DNA of 54,986 nucleotides, taken from an uncultured virus (IMG/VR IMGVR_UViG_3300028380_000008) (Duplodnaviria > Heunggongvirae > Uroviricota > Caudoviricetes). Shown here piece after piece: positions 27,162 through 36,076 of this stretch. Location of the stretch: the IMG/VR virus record IMGVR_UViG_3300028380_000008. One strand, written 5' to 3'. Below the pieces are notes generated by a model. That model worked only from the letters and a program-made list of their open reading frames with translations, was not told the origin of the DNA and searched no databases. The position numbers were made by a program, and so were the translations under genes. Each line of letters starts with the position of its first letter. Within the stretch, counting starts at the first letter, position 1.

Positions 27162-27572
27162 CTAGTCCTGCCGCCACGCCTTGACGCTGACCTGGACCGT
27201 CTGCCCCGCGGCGGGCTGCGCGCCGGTCGGGTCGATCCACAGCGCGACGAACTCGCGCTCGTGGTGCGTGACGTACGTCTGGTCCTGGTCGGCCATCCCG
27301 CTCATCTGCAGCACGCCGTGCGGCTTGGCGGCCGGCGGCGGGGAGGTGCCGACGCCGGTGTTGTACTCGTAGTCGAACGAGTACAGGACGCGGAGGCCGG
27401 GAGGCGGCGGGTTCGTCCCGAACTCGAGGGAGATGCGCTGGCCCTGGGCGACGAACCCGAACCACATCTGGCCGCGCGGGTCGCGCGGGTCGAGTACGGG
27501 TTGGAGCGCCGCCGTGCCGGGGTTGAGGTCGACGATGCGGAAGAAGTCGTTCGTGTGGTTTGTCGCGGTCAT
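27162..27572 (-). CDS. hypothetical protein (lone - strand gene)
   Basis: 136-aa beta-rich ORF with GC3-rich codons, convergent with the upstream gene. Confidence 0.7.
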   Translation of the reverse strand: MTATNHTNDFFRIVDLNPGTAALQPVLDPRDPRGQMWFGFVAQGQRISLEFGTNPPPPGLRVLYSFDYEYNTGVGTSPPPAAKPHGVLQMSGMADQDQTYVTHHEREFVALWIDPTGAQPAAGQTVQVSVKAWRQD

Positions 27573-27707
27573 TGGGTCGGGAAGATACCTACTGGCGCTG
27601 GCGATCGCACCTCGGGATCGTCGAGATCGGGCGGCACCCCTGGGGTGCGCCGCCGGCGCACCCTCCGCGCGCTCGAAGTAGCCGGAAGATGCCGGCCGGA
27701 GACCTTG

Positions 27708-27736
27708 TTGCGTGCGCCCGCCCCCGCCGTTACGCT
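27708..27736 (+). promoter_or_regulatory. sigma70-like promoter (no operator)
   Basis: TTGCGT-17bp-TACGCT; GTG 6 nt after the -10. Confidence 0.45.
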
Positions 27737-27742
27737 GGACAC

Positions 27743-28003
27743 GTGAGCAGGCGCATCCGTCGTCGCAGAGCCGTCGTCAAGCTGGACCTCTTCCGCAAGG
27801 CGAAGTGGCTCGTGGCAAACGGCATGCCACCGACGTACGTCGCCGAGAAGCTCCGGGTGTCGCGGACGACCGAGCTCCGCTGGCGCCAGCTCATGGACCA
27901 CGACGACGCGGTCAAGGAGCTCCGCCGCCGGGTGCTGCAGCTGCCCGAGCGGTACCGAGACCAGATCGCCACCGCGATCCAAGACGCCCGGAGGGCAGCG
28001 TGA
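27743..28003 (+). CDS. HTH DNA-binding protein
   Basis: GMPPTYVAEKLRVSRTTELRWRQ. Confidence 0.65.
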   Translation: MSRRIRRRRAVVKLDLFRKAKWLVANGMPPTYVAEKLRVSRTTELRWRQLMDHDDAVKELRRRVLQLPERYRDQIATAIQDARRAA

Positions 28004-28125
28004 ACCGTAACCGAGACCTGGCCGCCTCGCTGTGGAGCTTCTACCGAGCGTGGGCGGACAACAACTTCAAGAGCATCGACTCCGACGGGGACGTGTTCCG
28101 CGCGCGACCTGCGAGGGCAGCATGA
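28000..28125 (+). CDS. small hypothetical protein
   Basis: GTGA/ATGA overlaps. Confidence 0.4.
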   Translation: MNRNRDLAASLWSFYRAWADNNFKSIDSDGDVFRARPARAA

Positions 28126-28991
28126 GCGCGTCGAAGAGAGACAGGACCACCGCTCCGCGGGGCGCGACGACGCGGCCGAGCAAGGCGAAGCACGTCGGGG
28201 ACCGCAACGTCGCGCCGCCCGCCGGCTACAGGCCCGCGGGCAAGGCCAAGCCCGGCGAGGCCGCCATGGATGCGCAGCTCGCCGGCGCCGAGCCGGCCGC
28301 GGCGCCGACCCCGCCGGCGGTCGAGGTCAGCGACCAGGCGCCGCCGGCCGACCCGTGGTGGACGGCCGAGCGCGAGAAGGCGTTCTCGATGACGCTCCAG
28401 GGCGTCCCGCAGCACACGGTCGCGGCCGAGCTCGGCCGCGACCGGCACACGGTGGCGAGGTGGACGGAGGACGAGCGGTTCGTGCAGCGCCTGGTCGACG
28501 AGAACGCCGCGCGCTTCCGGGCGTCGCGGCAGCGCCGGGCGATGCAGACCGTCCGGCTCACCGACAAGACCGACCGGCTCGCCAACAAGATGATCGACAA
28601 GGCGATCGAGCTGGCCGAGAAGGGCAAGGACGACCTCGGGGTCCGCCTCGCCGCGCGGGACTGGCTCCAGGAGTTCCGCGAGAACAGCCGGCGCGAGGAC
28701 GAGATCTACGGCCTAGCGGGCCAGCGCGTGGACGTCAGCGTGAGCGGGCAGGTCCAGCATCAACACCAGCACCGTGGCAAGGTCGACGTCACGTTCAAGG
28801 CGTTCCTCGCGACCTCGCTGAGGAACCTGGGCGTCGACCCGGACGTCGAGGTGGTCGACCCCGGCCGCGCGGACGAGGCGCTCGCGGTCATCGCGGAGCG
28901 CGCGCTGGCCGAGGGGTCGTTCCTGGACGACCTCGTCGAGCGCGAGAAGCAGGCGCAGCTCGCCCCGGTGCTCGCCGCCGACCGCAAGTGA
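28122..28991 (+). CDS. HTH protein, candidate terminase small subunit
   Basis: GVPQHTVAAELGRDRHTVARWTEDERF HTH, followed by helices and a VDVSVSGQVQH strand typical of TerS. Confidence 0.55.
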   Translation: MSASKRDRTTAPRGATTRPSKAKHVGDRNVAPPAGYRPAGKAKPGEAAMDAQLAGAEPAAAPTPPAVEVSDQAPPADPWWTAEREKAFSMTLQGVPQHTVAAELGRDRHTVARWTEDERFVQRLVDENAARFRASRQRRAMQTVRLTDKTDRLANKMIDKAIELAEKGKDDLGVRLAARDWLQEFRENSRREDEIYGLAGQRVDVSVSGQVQHQHQHRGKVDVTFKAFLATSLRNLGVDPDVEVVDPGRADEALAVIAERALAEGSFLDDLVEREKQAQLAPVLAADRK

Positions 28992-29086
28992 TGAGGCCCG
29001 ATCAGCGTTGAGGAGGGTGGCACGCCTCCCCGTGACAGGCGGAGATGGTGTGAGTAGCGCAGCCTCAGACTCGTCGTTCTTCTTCA

Positions 29087-29377
29087 TCATCTACCTCGTG
29101 GCCCTCGGCCTAACGCGGCCAGCGAGGCGCGTAGCTGGTCGTTGTGGGTCTCGAGCTCGAGGATCTTCGCTTCGCTCGCCTCGAGCAGGGCGAGCGCCGT
29201 GGTCAGCGCCTCGCAGACGCCGGCGAAGTTCTTCGCCCCGAGCCGGTGACCGCAGCGGGCTCCCCACGCGGCGAGGCGGTGCATGCGGGCTCGCGGCGTG
29301 TCGGCCGGGGCTCGCGTCTGGTGGACGTCGGTGCGAGTGACGTTGTTCATGAACGTGTTCGGCTTGACGGTATTCAT
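29087..29377 (-). CDS. hypothetical coiled-coil protein
   Basis: ATG ORF following the 29381 gene. Confidence 0.5.
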   Translation of the reverse strand: MNTVKPNTFMNNVTRTDVHQTRAPADTPRARMHRLAAWGARCGHRLGAKNFAGVCEALTTALALLEASEAKILELETHNDQLRASLAALGRGPRGR

Positions 29378-29380
29378 ACT

Positions 29381-30496
29381 TCACCTTCTATCATCGTAGA
29401 AGCTGTGGTCGATGTAGACGATGTCATCGTTAGACAACCACTTCATTGGAGAAGTGAGAATATCAGAATTCCCTGGCACTATGCGTATCGGGTGAGAGAA
29501 TTCTACTTCCCCAATGGAGGAACTGAGACGCAATTTACGGATCATATCCGAAGCATCTCGGCAGACGCTCTGGCTGTATAAGCGAGCTGCAGTGATGACG
29601 AGCAGATTCCGCTTCCTCTCCATCACGCACCGGGCGACCGCCTCGATCAGGCACTTCTGCGTGCGCCCGGATTGGCGAGGGTAGGTCCCGCGCAGGCTCG
29701 CGATGCGCGCGAACTCGTCGAAGTCGGCGAGGTTGAGCCGGCGCCTCATCTTGTCGCATAACTCGGTGAACCTCGGGTCGTCGTCGTTGACCGAGCTGCC
29801 GAGGATGGTTGACTCGGACGCGGTCGCGACCTCGTCGGCCTGCTCTCGCAGGATCGGAGGTGCAGGGTACGGTTGACCTAACGAGGTGTTTACGAACCCA
29901 TTAAGATTCAACGTCGCGATCCGATCTACGGCGTCGGCAAGCTTGAGGTCGAGCTCTGCAGCTTTGACCCACGGTGTTACGTCAGTGATGTAGCGGTTGA
30001 ATCCATCGTCATCGGCGCCTCGGTACGGTGGTGGCATGTTCCATGTCCTGCGCGATTTACTCCGCACAGCTTTGTCATCACCAAAGAAGATCTTAGGTTC
30101 CCGCAACCTGACGCCGCGGTCGATGCCGTAGAACGAGCTCGGGCTCACCGCCGCGGCTTGTAGGCTGAACGCTCGGAGCGTGCTGCATGCCTTGCATTGC
30201 AGGACGATCTCGCTGATCGTGTGCGTGATCAGCGCTTCGGCTCCGCACTCTCTGCACCAGTAGCGGCGGGTCGCCAGGTTGGTGCCAGCGGGGACCGCAT
30301 ACGTCTGGCCCGGCGGCGGGCACGCTCGGCACACGACGCGGTCGTCGGACACCAGCTCCAGCCCGCTGAGCTTGCACGCGCTGCACGACGCCTTGTCGCC
30401 GTCGACCACCAGGTGCGGGACCTGCGGCAGCTCGGGCTCTTCGTCCATCTCCATCGCGATCATGGCGAACCGCGATGCGGGCTTGTTGTCGTCCAT
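29381..30496 (-). CDS. mosaic hypothetical protein (Zn ribbons + degenerate P-loop)
   Basis: CSAC, CRAC, CREC, CKAC; FVNTSLGQPY; YPRQSGRT. Confidence 0.65.
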   Translation of the reverse strand: MDDNKPASRFAMIAMEMDEEPELPQVPHLVVDGDKASCSACKLSGLELVSDDRVVCRACPPPGQTYAVPAGTNLATRRYWCRECGAEALITHTISEIVLQCKACSTLRAFSLQAAAVSPSSFYGIDRGVRLREPKIFFGDDKAVRSKSRRTWNMPPPYRGADDDGFNRYITDVTPWVKAAELDLKLADAVDRIATLNLNGFVNTSLGQPYPAPPILREQADEVATASESTILGSSVNDDDPRFTELCDKMRRRLNLADFDEFARIASLRGTYPRQSGRTQKCLIEAVARCVMERKRNLLVITAARLYSQSVCRDASDMIRKLRLSSSIGEVEFSHPIRIVPGNSDILTSPMKWLSNDDIVYIDHSFYDDRR

Positions 30497-30506
30497 GGTG
30501 GGGACG

Positions 30507-30542
30507 AGCGTACCAATTCGAGTTGACGCCGTCAACTCGAAT
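30507..30542 (-). promoter_or_regulatory. extended operator ATTCGAGTTGAC-GCC-GTCAACTCGAAT and promoter
   Basis: Perfect 12-bp inverted repeat; on the - strand TTGACG-17-TACGCT with TG extension. Confidence 0.8.
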
Positions 30543-30549
30543 GCGGCGG

Positions 30550-31386
30550 TCAGTCCTCGCCGGACGCCGCGACCGCGCCGAGCAGCCAGGCACCGAGCTC
30601 GCGAGCCTGCTCGCGGGTCATGCGCTGGGCGTCGACCACGGTGCTGCCGGCGTCGGTCTTGACCTCGTGCTCGAGGATGATCCGCGCCGGCGCGAGGATC
30701 GGACCGACATCGTCATTGACGGGGACGAAGCTGACGGTGTACCCGGCGACCGACTTCGGCGATCTTCGCGCGGACCATCGCGTCTCGACAGCATCCTGGA
30801 CCTTGCGAGAAGCCTCGCGCGCCGCGATCTCGTCGCTGCTCGGGGTAAAGTTGCGCAGCGTGGCGAGGGGTGCTTCCGGCGAATCTGGCTTCCTGCGGCG
30901 GATGCGGTCGATGAGCGTCTCCGCCGCGTCTTCTGGGAGCTCCAGCTGCCGGACCGGGACCGGCGGCAGCGTGGTCGCGGCGCGCTCGACACCGGCTGTC
31001 TTCTCCACCGCGCGCACGCCGGCGTCCGACGTGTCGGTCTGGCGAGCTCGCCGTCGGAGCTCGTAACGGACGTCCGCGAACCTGGATTGGGTCTCCTCGT
31101 CACCTTCGCCGCGACTGAGCAAGGTCGAGAGATCGCGGAGCTCTTTCTCCAGCGCATCACGGCTCAGCACGTCGACGCCGGCCGGGGCGCTCCGTTGCGC
31201 TTGGCGGGTCGCCTCCCCGCGCGTCTCCGCACGTGCCTCAGCGAGGTCCACGCCGCGGCGCTTCAGCTCGCGGCGCAGGGCGTTCACGTGGTCCGCCTGT
31301 TCCATGGGGACACCCTCCGGCCACGTGATCCCTATCGTGTACAGGTCCTCTCGGATCTGTTCTGTCGACATCAGCTTGATGCTCAT
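30550..31386 (-). CDS. hypothetical protein
   Basis: ATG after AGGAGA RBS. Confidence 0.75.
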   Translation of the reverse strand: MSIKLMSTEQIREDLYTIGITWPEGVPMEQADHVNALRRELKRRGVDLAEARAETRGEATRQAQRSAPAGVDVLSRDALEKELRDLSTLLSRGEGDEETQSRFADVRYELRRRARQTDTSDAGVRAVEKTAGVERAATTLPPVPVRQLELPEDAAETLIDRIRRRKPDSPEAPLATLRNFTPSSDEIAAREASRKVQDAVETRWSARRSPKSVAGYTVSFVPVNDDVGPILAPARIILEHEVKTDAGSTVVDAQRMTREQARELGAWLLGAVAASGED

Positions 31387-31434
31387 CTGGTATCTGTCTC
31401 CTGCTTGGTGTCGTTATATCGCTCGCGTCCGTCG

Positions 31435-31917
31435 CTATTTCTTCGGTGGTGCCATCCAGTCGGGCCTGAGGTCCAGTCCGATCTCGATCAGCGCGTCCCG
31501 CTCCGCGTCGGCAATGTCGGGAGCTGTCACCCTCACGATGATCTTGTCGAACGCGCTCTTGACGCGGTTGTCGACGTCGCGCTTCTGCTGCCCGATTAGC
31601 ATGAAGCGCTGCTGCGCCTTCTCCGCCTCCGCTCTGGAGATGGCGGCTTCCACCGCCAGCGCTCCTTGCTCGGCCTCCATCGTGATGACCTTGCGGGTCA
31701 GCGCGTCGCTCAGCTCGTTGACTTTGGTGCGGAGGGCGGTGAGCTCGCGGTCGCGCTGCTGCTCCGCGGTCAGCTCCTCCGGGGTCGTCTGCTCGACATT
31801 GAACATGCGCCGATCGCGCAACTCGACGCGGATCTTCTGGAACCTGGTCTTGCAGGCGTCCATCTTCTCCGAGAGTGCTCGGAGCTCTGCTTCCAGCGCT
31901 TCTGTAGGTTCGATCAT
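31435..31917 (-). CDS. hypothetical coiled-coil protein
   Basis: ATG after AGGAGA RBS. Confidence 0.75.
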   Translation of the reverse strand: MIEPTEALEAELRALSEKMDACKTRFQKIRVELRDRRMFNVEQTTPEELTAEQQRDRELTALRTKVNELSDALTRKVITMEAEQGALAVEAAISRAEAEKAQQRFMLIGQQKRDVDNRVKSAFDKIIVRVTAPDIADAERDALIEIGLDLRPDWMAPPKK

Positions 31918-31939
31918 CTGATTCTCCTGGTTATTGACT

Positions 31940-33694
31940 TTACTCGAACGAGTAGCTGAACCTCGACGACTTGGAGAGCTTCTCCATGCCGAGGAGCGCG
32001 CTCCCGAGCGCGTGGGCGAGGTGGTCGTCGCCGCTCGACTTGACGGTCTCGACGATCTCCTTGGTGTCGTCGTCGAGCTCCTTGAACGGCGCGAGCGACT
32101 TCAGGTGCCGCTTGAGGAGCTCGACCTCCGGGATGTCGAGCGCCGGCAGCCCGAACTCGCGCTCGCGGACCGCGCGGCAGACGTTCTTGAGCGTGAGCGT
32201 GCGGTCCACGGTGACGCGGGCGCGCCCCTCGTCGCTCCACTCCGGCACGAAGGTCTTGCCGTGCTTGACGCTCGAGTTGTACCACTGCGCCCAGAAGCGC
32301 CCCTCGTCGCCGTTCGGGCACAGGTTGCGGAGCAGGTACGAGTTGCGGTCCTTGCCGTAGCCGGCGTCCGCGATCGTGATCTCCGGGTTGAACGGCGCGA
32401 TGTACTTGAGGACCATCTCGGCGCTCTCGAGCTCGCGGTCCGTGTCCTCGAACACGCCGATGCCGATGAGGTACAGGCGCTGGTTGACCGCGTTGCGCCC
32501 GAGGACGACGACCCAGTTCAGGTTGCCCCAGTCGATCCCGACCGAGACCATCGACCACGACCTGGTCCGCGCCGACATCAGGGCGTGGCCGGAGCACGCC
32601 CGGATGAAGTCGGCGTCGCCGAGCATCTCGAGCTCGCCGGCGGCGGGGACGCCGACGACGTAGCAGAGCCACAGCTCCTTGAACCGCATGTCGATCTTGT
32701 CCTGCATCACCTGCGTCGCGCTGATCCACGGTGCGATCAGCTGGGACATGTGGTACCCGCGGATGAGCTGCCGGTCGGGGAACCTCGGGACCCACCGCCC
32801 GGTGAACACGCGGTCGAGCTCGCCGCGACACGTCTGCTTCCGGCAGAGGTACGCGTAGCTCTCCGGCGGCAGCTCGCGCGTGCCGAGCGGGAAGTCCTTG
32901 ACCTGGACGATGCTCTCCGTGTGGTTGACCTCCTGGTCGAGGCCGCACGTCTTGCACTTCACCAGCCAGACCTGCTGGTCGGAAGCCCGGAACGGGACGT
33001 CGATGCCCTGGTTCGGCAGGGTCGGCGTGGAGATCTCGCGGAACAGCCCGTGCTTGGAGCTCTTGAGCGACTCCTTGAACGCGAACTCCACCTTGTCGCG
33101 CATCCGGTCCTTCTCGTCGAGCGTGACGCCGTCGGCGTCGACGCCCTCGCCGAGGTTGCTCTCCCACGCGCTGCGGAACAGCCAGTAGGAGTCGCCGACC
33201 CGGCGCGTGAACACCTGGTTCGGCGTGCCGGAGAGCGCGGCCATGCGCGGCGTCTCGGCGTACGCCGCCGCGACGCGCGTGTTGGAGAAGTCGATCAGCT
33301 GCTTATCGCGAGGAAAAGTTGTGATCCATTTCGTCCCCGGGTTCGTCGCTAGGAAGTGGAGCACCTCGCTCGCGCTGAGCTCGGTGACGCCGACCTGCCG
33401 GCCCTTCTCGTAGACCTTGTGAGGGTGCTTGTCGCGCAGCGGCTGGCGGTGGAACGGCCGGTGGTGGAGGAGGCGAGACCGCAGCTCCTTCTCGTAGTCG
33501 CTCCGTATGAGCGTCTGGCGGACGGCGCCGAGCGACTCCTCCGACAGCTTGCGCCGGTTGTCGAGCACGAGCGGCTCGCCCTTCACTCGCCGGTTGAGCA
33601 TGCACCAGACCACCGGGTCGGTGTCGGCGACGGCCTCCAGGCCGGACATCGCGTCCACGTCCGGGGGCAAGTCGATGAGCGCGGAGATCTTCAT
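31940..33694 (-). CDS. terL: terminase large subunit (GpA-type)
   Basis: KGRQVGVTE, TFP, Walker B VTLDEKD, ISTPT, SDQ…CKTCG, GIDWG, ADAGYG, DDH. Confidence 0.88.
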   Translation of the reverse strand: MKISALIDLPPDVDAMSGLEAVADTDPVVWCMLNRRVKGEPLVLDNRRKLSEESLGAVRQTLIRSDYEKELRSRLLHHRPFHRQPLRDKHPHKVYEKGRQVGVTELSASEVLHFLATNPGTKWITTFPRDKQLIDFSNTRVAAAYAETPRMAALSGTPNQVFTRRVGDSYWLFRSAWESNLGEGVDADGVTLDEKDRMRDKVEFAFKESLKSSKHGLFREISTPTLPNQGIDVPFRASDQQVWLVKCKTCGLDQEVNHTESIVQVKDFPLGTRELPPESYAYLCRKQTCRGELDRVFTGRWVPRFPDRQLIRGYHMSQLIAPWISATQVMQDKIDMRFKELWLCYVVGVPAAGELEMLGDADFIRACSGHALMSARTRSWSMVSVGIDWGNLNWVVVLGRNAVNQRLYLIGIGVFEDTDRELESAEMVLKYIAPFNPEITIADAGYGKDRNSYLLRNLCPNGDEGRFWAQWYNSSVKHGKTFVPEWSDEGRARVTVDRTLTLKNVCRAVREREFGLPALDIPEVELLKRHLKSLAPFKELDDDTKEIVETVKSSGDDHLAHALGSALLGMEKLSKSSRFSYSFE

Positions 33695-33707
33695 GCGCGC
33701 GATTGTC

Positions 33708-33866
33708 TCATGACCCGCCGCTCCCGAGTTGCCGGCTCCCGACACCGAGCGCCCGCCCGAACACGTACGGTACCCAGCTCGCAGGCAGTGGCACGCGCTG
33801 ACCTGCACCGAACATCAGCCAGCGCGCGACGAACCGCGGGCAGACGCAGACCAGCCACCAGGCCAT
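33708..33866 (-). CDS. small hydrophobic protein
   Basis: MAWWLVCVCPRF…; fills the gap. Confidence 0.4.
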   Translation of the reverse strand: MAWWLVCVCPRFVARWLMFGAGQRVPLPASWVPYVFGRALGVGSRQLGSGGS

Positions 33867-33871
33867 GCGAC

Positions 33872-34393
33872 TCAGGCGACCGACGGGGCGGCCGGGCCCC
33901 ACGCGTCGAGGCCGGCGGCGACGCACGCCGCGACGGACGCGTACCTCCCGTCCGGGCCGTCGGGGAGCACTGGCCACATGATGTAGTTTGTAGGTATGCC
34001 GTCGTCCCACGACGTCACCACCTTCTCGGCCTCCTCGCGGCTCACGAACGTGACGGCGTCTTCCCGATCGTCCGTACGGATCTTGGACCAGAACCCGAAT
34101 CCGAAGCCGAGCGCGCTCCCGAGGTAGACGCCCATCTCCGGGTGCACGATCACGAACCGCGTCTCCGGGCGGTACTCGACGGTGAAGTCCTCGCTCTCCG
34201 CCTGTACGGCGCACGCGCCGCAGACCCGGTCGGCTCCCCCGTTCACGCGGCCGACGTACGGCTCGAGGCACTGGACGTCGTGGTGCAGCAGGCACGACGC
34301 ACACTCGCAGTCCGGGTGGTGGAAGTCGACCATCACGCACTGGTCGTCCGTGGGTTCGGTCCGCGGTTGACCGACGTTGCTCTCGAAACTCAT
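33872..34393 (-). CDS. hypothetical Cys-containing protein
   Basis: ATG at 34393 after GAAGGA. Confidence 0.65.
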   Translation of the reverse strand: MSFESNVGQPRTEPTDDQCVMVDFHHPDCECASCLLHHDVQCLEPYVGRVNGGADRVCGACAVQAESEDFTVEYRPETRFVIVHPEMGVYLGSALGFGFGFWSKIRTDDREDAVTFVSREEAEKVVTSWDDGIPTNYIMWPVLPDGPDGRYASVAACVAAGLDAWGPAAPSVA

Positions 34394-34433
34394 TTGGTTG
34401 TTCCTTCGGAAGGTGTCGAGCCTCACTTAGAGG

Positions 34434-34655
34434 TTAACGCTTACTCCGAGCATTGATGATCTCGCAGCAGCGTTCACGAGCGATGACCTTTAGGATTCTG
34501 GCGTCCTCTCGTAGGTTGGGAGGACACCTATCGAGATCATACAGAGCCATGCCGGTTGCATCCGTGTCCAAGGTGAACTGGTTGCGCGATTCACTGAGTA
34601 GTTCATTGCGCAACTCACGGATCTGCGCATCCGTAATAGACTCAACGGTCAGCAT
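34434..34655 (-). CDS. hypothetical protein
   Basis: TVESITDAQIRELR…ARERCCEIINAR. Confidence 0.6.
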   Translation of the reverse strand: MLTVESITDAQIRELRNELLSESRNQFTLDTDATGMALYDLDRCPPNLREDARILKVIARERCCEIINARSKR

Positions 34656-34680
34656 TTTGTCTGTGTAAAGCTACGAGGCG

Positions 34681-34944
34681 TTACAGTGATGCTTCTACCA
34701 TCGTTACGAAAACTCGCTCTTTACAGTCGGCGCACTCGAACATGAACGCTGCCGCTGACGGACCAAGAACAAGCAATCGGTCAGCGTGCGCGGGGTGACG
34801 CTGGCGAGCTATGTCGTTAGCTCGGTTAGACACGCGCGCTTGACGTCCGACCGCAGCGTCTTCGCAGAGCTTGTCGTATATCGCTACATTTTTGACGAGC
34901 GCTACGTGTCCAGGCTTCGGCGGCCTACCGATCTTGCTGCTCAC
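34681..34944 (-). CDS. hypothetical protein (GRP motif, CADC)
   Basis: GTGA overlap after AGGAG. Confidence 0.5.
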   Translation of the reverse strand: MSSKIGRPPKPGHVALVKNVAIYDKLCEDAAVGRQARVSNRANDIARQRHPAHADRLLVLGPSAAAFMFECADCKERVFVTMVEASL

Positions 34945-35360
34945 GGCAGCTCCTTGAGCAGCTTCTCGGCCGCGCACTTCAGGCAGTCAGTCGAGCAGGG
35001 TCCAGAGTCGCCGGTACCGCCGGGCCCGTGCTTCGTGTAGATCGGGATGCGGCGCACGAGCTCGCGCAGCTTGTCGTTCTCTGCGCGCAGGTCGTCCGCG
35101 CGGATGCTGACGGCGACCTCGGTCGACGACGTCATCCGGATCAGCGACGCGTCAGCGATCCCGGTCGGGTTGTAGCCGGCGGCGCGCGCGGTCTCCTCAC
35201 GCCACTCGCGGTACGCCTCGATCTGAGCCTCGCTGTACGCCTCGCTCGTGAAGCGTGGGCTCGCGTATTCGGAGTTGTGACCCTCGTTGCTCGCTCCCCA
35301 CCCCGCGTCGTACCCGGCGTGGAACGCTGCCCGCTGCAGCTCGTCGTCGGTGGTGATCAT
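34941..35360 (-). CDS. hypothetical protein
   Basis: ATGA overlap, GGAG RBS. Confidence 0.6.
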   Translation of the reverse strand: MITTDDELQRAAFHAGYDAGWGASNEGHNSEYASPRFTSEAYSEAQIEAYREWREETARAAGYNPTGIADASLIRMTSSTEVAVSIRADDLRAENDKLRELVRRIPIYTKHGPGGTGDSGPCSTDCLKCAAEKLLKELP

Positions 35361-35533
35361 GCAGGCTCCAGGTCGATGAGGTGTTCCCATACGCCGATGC
35401 GCTGACCAAGTTTGCCGTACGGGCCGCCATCGTCGTATCGCAAGCGCGCGCCGCCGCAAGAGACCTCGAGCACGGCGGCGGTGGCCCGGTTGTGCTTCTG
35501 GCGCACCCGGTCGCCCGCGGCGATCCCAGTCAC
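35357..35533 (-). CDS. small SH3-like hypothetical protein
   Basis: IAAGDRVRQK…VLEV…LRYDDG. Confidence 0.5.
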   Translation of the reverse strand: MTGIAAGDRVRQKHNRATAAVLEVSCGGARLRYDDGGPYGKLGQRIGVWEHLIDLEPA

Positions 35534-35763
35534 CTGGACGACCTCGGCAGGGCGTCGTTGGCCACCTTCCGGAGCCAGGCGGACACGGACGGGAAGCCGA
35601 GCTTCTTGCTGTGCTCGACCCACAGCTCGAAGTCGTTCGACGCGCACCGCAGTTGGTGGCGCTTGTCCAGCTCCGGGGGCAAGACCCTCGGGCGCCCGGG
35701 TGACCTCTTCTCCTCGCCGCCGTCCTCGTCCTCCTTCTTCTTGATGCGTTCGCGCTTAGACAT
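35530..35763 (-). CDS. ribbon-helix-helix-like DNA-binding protein, candidate repressor
   Basis: GRPR then HQLRC strand, FELWVEHSKKLG helix, SVSAWLRKVA helix; AAGGAG RBS; operator directly upstream. Confidence 0.65.
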   Translation of the reverse strand: MSKRERIKKKEDEDGGEEKRSPGRPRVLPPELDKRHQLRCASNDFELWVEHSKKLGFPSVSAWLRKVANDALPRSSR

Positions 35764-35779
35764 ATGCTCCTTTGAGGTC

Positions 35780-35815
35780 AGCTTGCAGGTTCCCGTTGAC
35801 ATTGTCAACGGGAAC
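35780..35815 (-). promoter_or_regulatory. extended operator GTTCCCGTTGAC-ATT-GTCAACGGGAAC and promoter
   Basis: Perfect 12-bp inverted repeat 35789-35815; TTGACA-17-CAAGCT on the - strand. Confidence 0.8.
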
Positions 35816-35840
35816 GTGGGCGTTGCGGGTTCGAGGTCGG

Positions 35841-36044
35841 CTACTCCTTCAGCTTGGCCTTGGCGACGAGCGTGTCGAGGTCGGTCCGGTCCATCTCCGG
35901 CGTCGTGGTCCTCGACACCGTGACGGTCTCGAGCGCCGGGCGGCTGACGTTCTGGATCCGCTGCCACTCCACGTCGGTCAGCCTGGCGATCACCTCGTAC
36001 GGGACGAGGCCCATCCCGTCCGAGCGGTACCGCAGCGCTTCCAA
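35841..36044 (-). CDS. hypothetical protein (start uncertain)
   Basis: C-terminal part of ORF 35841..36842 filling the gap. Confidence 0.4.
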   Translation of the reverse strand: MEALRYRSDGMGLVPYEVIARLTDVEWQRIQNVSRPALETVTVSRTTTPEMDRTDLDTLVAKAKLKE

Positions 36045-36076
36045 GTACGCCGCGCTCTCGCCCGGCGGAGCCGGGG

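Noticed and set aside
35820..35845. GGGTTCGAG as a tRNA T-loop
   Set aside because: No cloverleaf or acceptor stem; too little intergenic space
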